Source: a virus
IMG/VR virus record: IMGVR_UViG_3300021197_001752
Location: 82,706 to 146,705 of that record
Length of the DNA stretch: 64,000 nt
Direction: 5' to 3' (one strand)
Position numbers and translations under genes: made by a program. The notes beneath the pieces are model-generated. The model made no database searches. It was not told where the DNA came from and was given only the letters and a program-made list of their open reading frames with translations. This document shows positions 35,783 through 44,640 of the stretch, one piece after another. Position 1 is the first letter of the stretch; the number at the start of each line of letters is the position of its first letter.

Positions 35783-36700
35783 TTATTCTTCTTCTGAAGA
35801 TTCTTCTGAAGGTGCATCACCTGAAGTGTCCTTAGCAGCAAGCTGTACGTTCATCCAAGATTGACCCAATGGGTTTTCAACTGGGGCTTCGGCGAATCTC
35901 TGCACTGATCTTGTCGATTCCTTGGTTGGTGGTACTGGCTCGTTGTTGACAACGATTGTAAAGTTATTGGCACCAAATAACTCTTGATAGTTTTCTTTAT
36001 TGTCCTGAACTTGTTGCCACATCTTCTCTACTTCTTCAGGGTCTAGCTTTCTTTCTCTCTTGGCATTTTGTTTTAGTGCACGTTCAAGCGAGGTGTCCAC
36101 AAAGATCATGTAGGTGTCGTAGCCAAGATCAATTAGGCGTTGGCGCTTTTTCACCATCTTGCTATAATCTTTACCAGTGCCGTCAATCAGCATCCCCAGG
36201 CGACCTGCGGCATAATAGCCCTGAAGCTTTGCTAACTTACCTTTAGCGACGGCTCGGGTAGAATCGCTTCGGTCGCCCAATAGGCCGATCTGGGCTGCAA
36301 GTTCTGCTGCATCCTGACCTTTATACTCGCCTGCTTCTTTAGCAAGCTGAGAGATGGCACCCAAGTCAGCAAGTGGGATACCCATCTTCTTTAGCCCGAT
36401 CTCGAATAGGTTATCACTGTTAACATATTTAAGCCCATAGCGACCCACGAAAGAAGAAGCGTCGAAGGTCTTAGCCTGACCAGCTTCTCGGGCATCAAAC
36501 ATTACATCAGCCACATAAGACTTGCCACTGCCTGGTCCGCCCGCCGTAAATACAGCTTTGAGAATGCCCTTATCGTAGACACCCTCATCCAGTAGTTCTT
36601 CGTTGACTACCCCAGGATGATCAAGTAAATAACTTTGACGCTCCTGTAGCATCTCGCCCTGTGCTTCTTTGATTAGTTGCTTAAGTTGTTTGATATCCAT
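35783..36700 (-). CDS. P-loop kinase (zeta-toxin/AAA_33-like) with IKQLKQLIKE leader
   Basis: GGPGSGKS, VNSD, IDGTG, lid-like KQNAKRER. Confidence 0.8.
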   Translation of the reverse strand: MDIKQLKQLIKEAQGEMLQERQSYLLDHPGVVNEELLDEGVYDKGILKAVFTAGGPGSGKSYVADVMFDAREAGQAKTFDASSFVGRYGLKYVNSDNLFEIGLKKMGIPLADLGAISQLAKEAGEYKGQDAAELAAQIGLLGDRSDSTRAVAKGKLAKLQGYYAAGRLGMLIDGTGKDYSKMVKKRQRLIDLGYDTYMIFVDTSLERALKQNAKRERKLDPEEVEKMWQQVQDNKENYQELFGANNFTIVVNNEPVPPTKESTRSVQRFAEAPVENPLGQSWMNVQLAAKDTSGDAPSEESSEEE

Positions 36701-36705
36701 GCTAC

Positions 36706-37632
36706 TTATTTACTTCCCATTTCTAACAAGACATTCCTAAATTCTTCTTGAATGATTTTGTTTAGAGCACTGTTTGTCATTTTGATATGACGTTGCTTGC
36801 TTTCGCCAAATGGTAGCTCGCCCTGACCTTCTGGCTCGGCTGCCAAACCTTTGGTCTGACTCTTATAAAGGCTGCCGCCTTGCGCCAATAGATTCAACAC
36901 ACCCTTTACGCTGCCGATGTTTCCATGACCACCTCTTAGTTTCTTGAGGGCATCATATTTCTCGTCTTCGAGCTTATCATCACCAAAGGGGAACTGTACA
37001 CTAAGGTTGAATGCGGTTTTAGATGTGTCGCCTCGGTTTGGAATAGCCTTGAGTTCTATCTCAATATGCTCTGGGTAGAATATATCATACCTCAAAACAC
37101 CTGTGGTGATTGACTCTATGTGAGCAATTGGCTTGTTCTTCATATCTGGAATAATATTTGCCAGCACTTTAGCTAAGTGATCTTCATACTCTACAGCAGC
37201 TTTGACCAATGCATCATAAAGGTCGTTGTCTCTACCACGATCTAGCAAGCCAGCGTGGATGGCCTTGTTCGTCGCCGCCAGGTTCATCTCGCCTTGGGTT
37301 TCTTCTGCTAGCTCTTGTCTAATAATATTTTGTAGTTGTTGTTTTGTGATTTTCATTTTATTCTCCCTTTCATCTAGACCGCCATACATTGTGACTATCT
37401 GTACCGCAGCCTTGTTTACGAGGTCAAAAGGTATCTTATCAAATCTACTCTGGAGATTTTTGATAGTGTATTGTATCTTTTCTTCTTTGTTGTTGCCTTT
37501 GGTAAACTTCTTAATTTTGTCAACACCACCAAATTGCTTAATATAAACGTCAACCATTTTCTGCACGTCCGCTTCGTCGGTGCTGAGCGCCTCTCTAATC
37601 ATTTGACGTATTTGATCTTTGGTAATCTTCAT
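36706..37632 (-). CDS. Protein with three copies of the MKITK..II.EE leader
   Basis: Copies at aa 1, aa 93 (own RBS at ~37362-37367) and the C-terminus. Confidence 0.8.
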   Translation of the reverse strand: MKITKDQIRQMIREALSTDEADVQKMVDVYIKQFGGVDKIKKFTKGNNKEEKIQYTIKNLQSRFDKIPFDLVNKAAVQIVTMYGGLDERENKMKITKQQLQNIIRQELAEETQGEMNLAATNKAIHAGLLDRGRDNDLYDALVKAAVEYEDHLAKVLANIIPDMKNKPIAHIESITTGVLRYDIFYPEHIEIELKAIPNRGDTSKTAFNLSVQFPFGDDKLEDEKYDALKKLRGGHGNIGSVKGVLNLLAQGGSLYKSQTKGLAAEPEGQGELPFGESKQRHIKMTNSALNKIIQEEFRNVLLEMGSK

Positions 37633-37636
37633 TTTG

Positions 37637-37810
37637 CTATCCTTCGCTATCTACCAGTCTGTCTAGGATAGCTTGCAGTCTTTCATATTGGGACTTATGT
37701 GCCTGCACGGCTTTCTTAAGCTCTGCTATAACATCATTCATCGTGTCTTTGTCACTATCTGAGATTTCTTCCCTAATAATCTTTCTTAGCTCGCCTTTGC
37801 TAATCTTCAT
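37637..37810 (-). CDS. 57-aa leader-family protein (not in ORF track): MKISKGELRKIIREEISDSDKDTMNDVIAELKKAVQAHKSQYERLQAILDRLVDSEG
   Basis: Hand translation; TAATG coupling with upstream gene. Confidence 0.85.
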   Translation of the reverse strand: MKISKGELRKIIREEISDSDKDTMNDVIAELKKAVQAHKSQYERLQAILDRLVDSEG

Positions 37811-38058
37811 TAGTTCTTGCCGTCTTCATTTGCTATTGCTTGCATTATCATACGCAGTGAATCGGCGTCCTCCTGAAGCGGGTGATAATCGCCTTCTTGG
37901 TTTTCAATATACTCCGTAAGAGCATTATAGCCGTCTTCCAGAAGATCAAGGGCTCTGGCGAGAGGACCGCCGTAGGAGTCATAAGGGGCATCACCCTCAA
38001 ACTCTTTGAGTAACTCTTCTTTAATAATCTTTTGTAGTTCTTGTTTGGTGATTTTCAT
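37810..38058 (-). CDS. Leader-family protein
   Basis: MKITKQELQKIIKEELLKE. Confidence 0.85.
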   Translation of the reverse strand: MKITKQELQKIIKEELLKEFEGDAPYDSYGGPLARALDLLEDGYNALTEYIENQEGDYHPLQEDADSLRMIMQAIANEDGKN

Positions 38059-38246
38059 TTTCTATCTGCTCCCCTGGATAAGGTGTTTAGAGCATTATAA
38101 ATTTCTTTCATCCGAGAATCCTCAAAACTAAGTTCGTTACTTGTGTCATCCACAATGTCTTGTAAAGCGCCCTGTGCGCTGGCTAGCACCTGTGAAGTAT
38201 ACGCTTCTTTGATTATGCTTCGTAGCTCTTCTTTAGTGATTTTCAT
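38055..38246 (-). CDS. Leader-family protein
   Basis: MKITKEELRSIIKEA. Confidence 0.85.
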   Translation of the reverse strand: MKITKEELRSIIKEAYTSQVLASAQGALQDIVDDTSNELSFEDSRMKEIYNALNTLSRGADRK

Positions 38247-38249
38247 TTC

Positions 38250-38621
38250 TTAGCCCCAGTCGTCTTCGTCTGGTAGACGGCGACCTGACTCTTTGGTTAG
38301 CATCTGAGCGGCTTCCACAGCTATTTGCTCGTCTGCGCCTTGGTCCTCTAGTTCCTTCTTGAACTCCATAAACACACCAGTGGTTGCTTTAAAACGTTCA
38401 TCGCTCAGCATCGCCTTTTGACCGTCGCTGAGAGTCTTGCCTAGAGCCACAGCCCTAAGGACATAAGTGTATTGGTATGTCTCTTTGTCAGTCATTTCTT
38501 CCTTATCCAAGCCAAGCTCCTTGAGGATTGCTTTGACAACCTCGTCTCGACGCTCAAGCTGGTTACCTTTATATGTGACTTCTGTAATATACTTGCGCCA
38601 CTCTGATAATAATTCTTTCAT
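38250..38621 (-). CDS. Protein with second-type leader MKELLSEWRKYITE
   Basis: Start at 38621 gives TGATG coupling. Confidence 0.75.
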   Translation of the reverse strand: MKELLSEWRKYITEVTYKGNQLERRDEVVKAILKELGLDKEEMTDKETYQYTYVLRAVALGKTLSDGQKAMLSDERFKATTGVFMEFKKELEDQGADEQIAVEAAQMLTKESGRRLPDEDDWG

Positions 38622-38722
38622 CAACATGCCCCTTCGCAGCTAGCGCAAGCGCAACAGCCGCAGCAGCAGCAACAGTGGCTGCTATTGAATAGATTAACTA
38701 ATTTGTGTAATAGGTTTTTCAT
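38621..38722 (-). CDS. 33-aa Cys-rich micropeptide MKNLLHKLVNLFNSSHCCCCCGCCACASCEGAC (not in ORF track)
   Basis: Hand translation; ATGA overlap upstream and TGATG overlap downstream. Confidence 0.75.
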   Translation of the reverse strand: MKNLLHKLVNLFNSSHCCCCCGCCACASCEGAC

Positions 38723-38988
38723 GAGTCCATCTCCAAGGCTAACATGATCTCGTCCATTGCCTTAGAGATGCTCCTAGCAGCATCATCAAGATAACTCTGC
38801 GCATCTTGGATTGGAACACTGCCACCCATCTTATCAACAAGGTCGTTTGAAAGTGAACCGATCTTTTGACGCATCTCCATTAAAGCTGCAACATGTGGCT
38901 GGTCTGCGTGAGGGTTTTTACCAAGGTCAGCGTAGCGCCCGACCTCTTCTTTGATAATCTGCCTTAGCTTTGCTTTGGTGATCTTCAT
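38719..38988 (-). CDS. Leader-family protein
   Basis: MKITKAKLRQIIKEEV. Confidence 0.85.
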   Translation of the reverse strand: MKITKAKLRQIIKEEVGRYADLGKNPHADQPHVAALMEMRQKIGSLSNDLVDKMGGSVPIQDAQSYLDDAARSISKAMDEIMLALEMDS

Positions 38989-38989
38989 T

Positions 38990-39229
38990 CTAGACGTCCA
39001 TCTTGCTCATATCGATATCGCCAGCAGGCTCACCGCTTGGCTTCGTTCCGCCATGGCGATTCTGCATAGCCAGAAGATCATCCATAATCTCTGGTGTTCC
39101 GCCCATCTCTTGGGCTACTCGCATAAGCTCTTGGAACAGCACTTCCATTTGTGTGCTGTACTCTTCGTTGAGTTCTTTAGCAACTTCTTCTTTAATGATT
39201 TCTTTGAGTTGTTCTTTAGTAATCTTCAT
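38990..39229 (-). CDS. Leader-family protein
   Basis: MKITKEQLKEIIKEEVAKELNEE. Confidence 0.85.
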   Translation of the reverse strand: MKITKEQLKEIIKEEVAKELNEEYSTQMEVLFQELMRVAQEMGGTPEIMDDLLAMQNRHGGTKPSGEPAGDIDMSKMDV

Positions 39230-39272
39230 TTAGTAAATCCCCTTTGGGCACCATGTGGGTGCGGTAATACAA

Positions 39273-39283
39273 TATAAATAGTT
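39273..39283 (-). promoter_or_regulatory. Late-type motif AACTATTTATA heading the leader-family operon
   Basis: Identical to the 31641 copy. Confidence 0.6.
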
Positions 39284-39291
39284 GCTATATG

Positions 39292-42200
39292 TTATAAAAG
39301 CCTAAGATTATGCTTGATACTATAGGTACTAAATCCCCATCGTGGTTCGTGCTTGAGCTTGCCAACGTAAATACGATTAGTTTTAATGATGTCCGTGTCT
39401 TTCACACCCCAGCATTTGATCTGCTCATCCGCCCCGTTGTGATCGGTGACTGACACAATATAATATTTCTTACCGTGCTTTGTCTTCTTGACTTTAATCT
39501 CTCTTGGGATGAACCAACAAAGAATCAATTCTGGATCATACTCGGAAATCGGTGGGCAGCCTTTGTTCATAAGAGACTCCCGTGTAAAGTCATCCATGAT
39601 AAGGTCAATAGGATAGATACCTGTTAGAGTCGTTAGATGCTCTATCTTTTCTTCCTTTGTGAAGCTACCTTCATCTTTATATGTTTCGATATTTTCATTT
39701 AGGTTCTTCTCCTTGCGTGGACGATCGACAGCCACAGAAGACCAAAAGTGCTTCATGCCTGTGAAGCGATCATCCATCAACTCATTGAGCGCCTGGCTGC
39801 GCACTAGGACGTCCAACGCCTTCTTGTTGAGCTTGGAGTACGTAATGTCTTCATTGAAAATAAACTCTTCAATCTTGTTGAAGGGTCGATTATCTAGGAT
39901 CTGCTGAATGGCTGTTGAGCCCAAGCCCTTGATCGCAGTCAATGGTTGGATCAAGTTCTTGCCGTCGGCGTCAATCTCCCAAACCATCCCTGACTTGTTG
40001 ATGCTAGCAGGAACAATATTGAACCCAAACTTCTTAGCTGTGTTGATTGCTGCCATCTTGCGCTTTTCTGGTTCTTTATCTAAGAACGCTGCGATCCACT
40101 CGGTCGGATAGTAATGTGCCAACCAAGCGCACTGGAACGACACTGCCCCATACGAAACTGCGTGTGACAGGTTGAAGCCATAGCCTGAGAAGAATACCAT
40201 CTTTGCCCAAAGGTCTTTAGCAACCTGCTCCGATAGTCCCTTATCATTACAACCTTTGAGGAACTTAGCATAGATCTTCTCTCTTACACTGTCCTTGCCC
40301 GTACCACGCTTAGTAAGAACTTTGCGGAGGAGGTTCCCTTCGTCTAGTGTGATGTTGTCTCCCAGCTTGTGAGCCAGCATAGCCAACTGCTCTTGGAACA
40401 CTAACAGTCCGTATGTATCCCCTAGCACTTCTTCAATAAGCGGGTGCTTATATACTACCTGATCTGGATTACTCTTGTTGGCGATATACATCTGATCTGC
40501 TTTTGCCGACAAAGGTCCTGGTCTAAAGATCGCCGTGATGGCTGCAAAGTCCATAAGTGACTCTGGCTTGGCTTCTTGACAGAAGGCCTGTGCAGGTCCA
40601 CTAGTCATTTGAAAGACGCCTGCCCACTTGCCCTTATGGAAGATGTTCTCCCAGACTGCCTGGTCATCAAAGTCAATCACATTAGGATGAAGTTGCTCGT
40701 CGTAGAAGGCACGTACCTGCTCAAACGTTGGATCTTCAATACCGTGGTGGCGCTTCAAGACGTGGCGAATTGCTCCCGAGATCATGCGGAGAGTTGATAG
40801 CCCAAGCAAGTCAAACTTAATAAACCCTAGCGGTTCCAAGTGTCGAACGTTCTGACCCTCGCTCCATGGAGTCTGCATCACGCCACCTGAGTTGATCAAT
40901 GGCATATGCTTATCTAGATTCTCTGCCACTACGATACCGCCTGCGTGCCTACTAACACTGCGGACATTACCAAACAGGTTATCAACATGTGTAGCAATAT
41001 GCGGATACTTATCAAAGAACTCCTGAAGCGTTTCGCTATATTCTTTTACCTCATCAAACGTTGGAACATAAACGCCCGCTGTTTGTCCGTGCGCTGCCTT
41101 AGCCTTGGGGGTAGCCTCGCTCATCATGACGCCCGTAACTTTATTCACCTCTGCAAAGGGGACGCCATAGAACTTGCCAATGTCCTTGATAAGTGAGCGC
41201 AACTGTAGTGTATTGAAGTTGCTAATTGGTACGACGTTGACGCCGAGCTTGCCCCACTCTTCTGCTAGCTGCTCCTTGAGTTGCATTGGCTCCTCAACAT
41301 CGAAATCAATATCGGGATAGCCTTTGCCGCCCTTGGTCAAGAACCTCTCGAACTGAAGGCTGTACTTGATCGGATCAACCTGGGTAATGTCTAGGACGTA
41401 GGATAGCAACGATCCTGCTGCCGAGCCTCGCCCGAGACCAACAAGCATCTCCTCTTGTGCCCTATCGCTAATAGCCTTCATAGTCAAAAAGTATTGGGCG
41501 AAGCCACGGTCCTTGATGACAGACAACTCATACTTGAGCCGCTCGACATACTCTGGATCTTTTAGGTCTTTCTCCTTTAGTCCCTTCAAAGCCTGCCTTG
41601 TTAGTGTTTCCATCGCTGTCGTGCCCTCTGGAACAACAAAGTCTGGCAACCGCACCTGACTATCTGGAAGGAAGTCTTCAATCCGATCGTATGCAATATG
41701 ATGTGTGCGCTCGATGCTGGCACGGACAAAGCTGTCATCATACTCAATCTTAGATCGCCCTGCATATTTCTCATATGCCTCCCACATCTGATCACCGTTG
41801 CGAGGATACAACTCGTAGCCGATCTCCTCTACCGATTCTGGTAGTCGATGGGCGTCCTGATCTTCATAAGGAGCTTTACCTCCCCACCCAATGCGGCGAT
41901 ACATCTCACGGTCCTTCCACAACTCTGGTCGTGGGTAGTGACTGTCGGATGTACTGATAACCTCTGCGCCCATCTCTGTGCAAGCTTGGATGATTAGATC
42001 GTTGACAATGTGCTGCTCGGAAATATCGTTCCACTGGATCTCCCCATAGAACCTATCACCAAAGATGTCTTGAAACTCACCGATCGTCTGGCGCATCGAT
42101 GCTAAAACCATATCTGCGTCGTACTCGTGTGTGACTGGATCACGGTGTTTCCAAAAGTCCCCAAAGAGCGGTCCCGACATGCAAGCACTGCTGACGATCA

Positions 42201-42726
42201 ACCCCTCATTATGCTTGTCCAACATCTCAAAGTCAATGCGGGGGTAACGGTAAAAATTCTCGGGACGGTAACTGTCCGATACAAGCTTGAATAGATTATT
42301 CAAACCGACTTGGTTCTGCGCTAGGATGACCAAGTGCCTGCGGATGTTGAGGGGGTTGAACTTCTTTTGCCTGTTCTCATCCTCGACAACCATAGCAAAC
42401 TCTTCTTTCTTCTGGCGCTTGCTGTTGGCTTTATGTTCTTCGTACTGCTGCCGCCACTTCTTATGCGACTTAATAAAGTAAGCCTCGCAACCGTAGATGG
42501 CTTTGAACTCCTTACCTTCCTCACGCATCTTCTTAAGATGCTCAACCTGAAATGATAGCCCGTTCATATGACCATGGTCTGTGAGCGAGTGGGCGTTCAT
42601 CCCATTCTCAAAGGCGAAGTCCATATGTTCGCCTGGCATACCTAAGCCATCAAACGGGGAAAGTCCTGAGTGGGCGTGGAGTCCCACAAAAGGAATCTTG
42701 CTCTCGATTCGTTTTGTCATGTGCAA
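39292..42726 (-). CDS. dnaE: DNA polymerase III alpha subunit
   Basis: PHP motifs HAHS/TDHG/DSHY, GRGSAAGS, PDIDFD, KFDLLGL, YGFNLSH. Confidence 0.97.
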   Translation of the reverse strand: MHMTKRIESKIPFVGLHAHSGLSPFDGLGMPGEHMDFAFENGMNAHSLTDHGHMNGLSFQVEHLKKMREEGKEFKAIYGCEAYFIKSHKKWRQQYEEHKANSKRQKKEEFAMVVEDENRQKKFNPLNIRRHLVILAQNQVGLNNLFKLVSDSYRPENFYRYPRIDFEMLDKHNEGLIVSSACMSGPLFGDFWKHRDPVTHEYDADMVLASMRQTIGEFQDIFGDRFYGEIQWNDISEQHIVNDLIIQACTEMGAEVISTSDSHYPRPELWKDREMYRRIGWGGKAPYEDQDAHRLPESVEEIGYELYPRNGDQMWEAYEKYAGRSKIEYDDSFVRASIERTHHIAYDRIEDFLPDSQVRLPDFVVPEGTTAMETLTRQALKGLKEKDLKDPEYVERLKYELSVIKDRGFAQYFLTMKAISDRAQEEMLVGLGRGSAAGSLLSYVLDITQVDPIKYSLQFERFLTKGGKGYPDIDFDVEEPMQLKEQLAEEWGKLGVNVVPISNFNTLQLRSLIKDIGKFYGVPFAEVNKVTGVMMSEATPKAKAAHGQTAGVYVPTFDEVKEYSETLQEFFDKYPHIATHVDNLFGNVRSVSRHAGGIVVAENLDKHMPLINSGGVMQTPWSEGQNVRHLEPLGFIKFDLLGLSTLRMISGAIRHVLKRHHGIEDPTFEQVRAFYDEQLHPNVIDFDDQAVWENIFHKGKWAGVFQMTSGPAQAFCQEAKPESLMDFAAITAIFRPGPLSAKADQMYIANKSNPDQVVYKHPLIEEVLGDTYGLLVFQEQLAMLAHKLGDNITLDEGNLLRKVLTKRGTGKDSVREKIYAKFLKGCNDKGLSEQVAKDLWAKMVFFSGYGFNLSHAVSYGAVSFQCAWLAHYYPTEWIAAFLDKEPEKRKMAAINTAKKFGFNIVPASINKSGMVWEIDADGKNLIQPLTAIKGLGSTAIQQILDNRPFNKIEEFIFNEDITYSKLNKKALDVLVRSQALNELMDDRFTGMKHFWSSVAVDRPRKEKNLNENIETYKDEGSFTKEEKIEHLTTLTGIYPIDLIMDDFTRESLMNKGCPPISEYDPELILCWFIPREIKVKKTKHGKKYYIVSVTDHNGADEQIKCWGVKDTDIIKTNRIYVGKLKHEPRWGFSTYSIKHNLRLL

Positions 42727-42746
42727 CCTTTACTTTGCTTTTTTAT

Positions 42747-42775
42747 ATTATACTATTCTTCTTCGGATTTGTCAA
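42747..42775 (-). promoter_or_regulatory. Consensus sigma70 promoter for dnaE
   Basis: TTGACA-17bp-TATAAT. Confidence 0.85.
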
Positions 42776-43130
42776 GCTCTTCTTTTTTACCGAAGACTTC
42801 TTTGGTGCCATCTTGATATGTGATGATCGTCTGATTGGCTGGATGTGGTTCAATGTGAACCTTCACGAAGTCGCTCATACTATCAAAGATAGCGATACCG
42901 CCACGGGGTGGAGGATAAAGCCAATGGACAACACATTGACCTGTTGCCATCTTCACTCCCTCGATTACCACGCCTTCGCCTGAGACTCCTGTTTCGTCTG
43001 CCTGGCGATATACTGTGAAACTAGTAATCCCTCTAGGTGCCAACTTTGAAGGTGGCTTAGGAATTAAGTCATCTGGCAATTCTTCGTCCGATACTTTATT
43101 TTCTTCATCTGACATTTTCATTTCCTCCAT
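42753..43130 (-). CDS. Conserved phage hypothetical protein
   Basis: R..DETGVSGEGVV.EGV. Confidence 0.7.
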   Translation of the reverse strand: MEEMKMSDEENKVSDEELPDDLIPKPPSKLAPRGITSFTVYRQADETGVSGEGVVIEGVKMATGQCVVHWLYPPPRGGIAIFDSMSDFVKVHIEPHPANQTIITYQDGTKEVFGKKEELDKSEEE

Positions 43131-43134
43131 GGGT

Positions 43135-43371
43135 CTACAACAAAGCAGCAGTAACGATTTTGTTTAATCTGTTCTTGCAAACTGTTCTGACCTCATCTCC
43201 TCGGTAAATTTCTTTCCTGTGTTCGGGCTGATTCCAATACTCATACATATCGTCTTCCACCCAATCTATCCTAAGGCTAGACCATGAGTCATCGCCCTCT
43301 GCAATACTTTTAATTATGCCGAGTCTCAATAAACCGTTATGGTCTTGCCAAACAACGTCGCCGATGTTCAT
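43135..43371 (-). CDS. Small SH3-like protein
   Basis: IGDVV...LGII...IDW. Confidence 0.6.
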   Translation of the reverse strand: MNIGDVVWQDHNGLLRLGIIKSIAEGDDSWSSLRIDWVEDDMYEYWNQPEHRKEIYRGDEVRTVCKNRLNKIVTAALL

Positions 43372-43372
43372 G

Positions 43373-44173
43373 TTATCCGATCAACCTTCCTATGTCCGAA
43401 GTGATTGCTAATGCCATTATTCCTACCACAAATGCTAAACCGACATAGGACAACCAAGTACGAGTTTTGTACTTGACCTTTCGCCCCATGACTGCCTCTG
43501 TTATAGAGAATACCACATGTCCGCCATCTAGTAAAGGGATTGGTAACAAATTAATTAAACCTAAGTTAATACTCAAGAAAGCTATCCACTGATATATAAA
43601 GCCATTGTCTTTAGTTTGGGTTGATCTTGCCTGTGCCTGCTCTGTGATCTCATAGATAGCTACGGGTCCGCCAACGTCTTTTACTGACACCCCTCTTTCC
43701 TTGATCACATCTATTGCCTTGTATATAGTATAATACATCTTGTGTGTTGTGTCAACACTTGCTTTCCAAGCGTATGGCGCACTAACCGTGCCCACGTTTG
43801 AACCATCTGGTGCCTTCACATCTGGCCAAGGCATTCCCCAAAGGTACAAAAAGAATATAGCATAAGGTAGGGCGAGGTTAGTGACGGGTCCTGCTAAAGC
43901 AGTTATCATTCTTTTAAGTGGGTGTACCGCCCAAAAGGATCTAGGATTCCTTGTTGCATTATTATAATCCTCTTCTCCCTCGAACTTAACATAGCCGCCA
44001 AGAGGCAATATACCAAGAGACCACTTGTTGCCAAATGCATTGAATGAAAAAATTTTCGGTCCAAAGCCCACTGAGAACTCTTTGATGCCGATGCCGCATA
44101 ATCGACCGACAACATAATGCCCCAACTCATGAATGAAAACTAATGATAATATTATTACTAATAAGAGAAGCAT
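43373..44173 (-). CDS. RseP-like M50 site-2 intramembrane protease lacking PDZ
   Basis: HELGH, FSVGFGP, PLGGYV, AGP..N, GPV, NLLPIPLLDGGH. Confidence 0.92.
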   Translation of the reverse strand: MLLLLVIILSLVFIHELGHYVVGRLCGIGIKEFSVGFGPKIFSFNAFGNKWSLGILPLGGYVKFEGEEDYNNATRNPRSFWAVHPLKRMITALAGPVTNLALPYAIFFLYLWGMPWPDVKAPDGSNVGTVSAPYAWKASVDTTHKMYYTIYKAIDVIKERGVSVKDVGGPVAIYEITEQAQARSTQTKDNGFIYQWIAFLSINLGLINLLPIPLLDGGHVVFSITEAVMGRKVKYKTRTWLSYVGLAFVVGIMALAITSDIGRLIG

Positions 44174-44640
44174 TGAAAGTCACCATACCTTTGTATTTTA
44201 TTTTTGTCATCTTTTCGCACAGGTATTTCGGGTAGCCCGTAACCTGGTATTATCCATCTTTCTTTTGGCTTACATTCAATTGGCTGCCAAAACTTCAGAT
44301 GATTATGAATTTTCTTATTCTCTTCTTTTAGTTTATTTATATCATTGCTCTGCTGAGTGATTACTCTCTCCAGATTAAGCACTGCGTGGCTTGCAGCTTT
44401 ATGCAAATTCTCTTCTAAATTTATCTGATTATAAAGATAAAGCAAGAATCCCATAAAAACAGCACAAACTATTATGGCTACTACTGATGTCCACATAGCC
44501 GCAGAAAGATAGTTTGGCTTTGATACTGGCTCTGGTGTGACGTCATAAAACTGTGGCTCTTGATCTTGAACAGAAGCATAAGCGTTCTCTTTCATCCTTC
44601 TGTAAGCTTCCCGTTCTCTATCGTTCATGGGCGGCATCAC
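44158..44640 (-). CDS. Single-pass membrane protein with C-terminal coiled coil
   Basis: ~45-aa soluble N-terminus, one TM, heptad region. Confidence 0.65.
   Translation of the reverse strand: MMPPMNDREREAYRRMKENAYASVQDQEPQFYDVTPEPVSKPNYLSAAMWTSVVAIIVCAVFMGFLLYLYNQINLEENLHKAASHAVLNLERVITQQSNDINKLKEENKKIHNHLKFWQPIECKPKERWIIPGYGLPEIPVRKDDKNKIQRYGDFQCFSY

Noticed and set aside
36706-39229. Recurring ATGAARATYACNAAA as a CRISPR-like or DGR repeat array
   Set aside because: Copies vary mainly at synonymous positions and spacing is irregular, so selection is at the protein level; no cas or reverse transcriptase gene in the window
31641-39283. TATAAATA on the plus strand as a T4 late promoter
   Set aside because: It faces away from the adjacent genes; the reverse-complement motif tracks gene orientation instead (see 18568)
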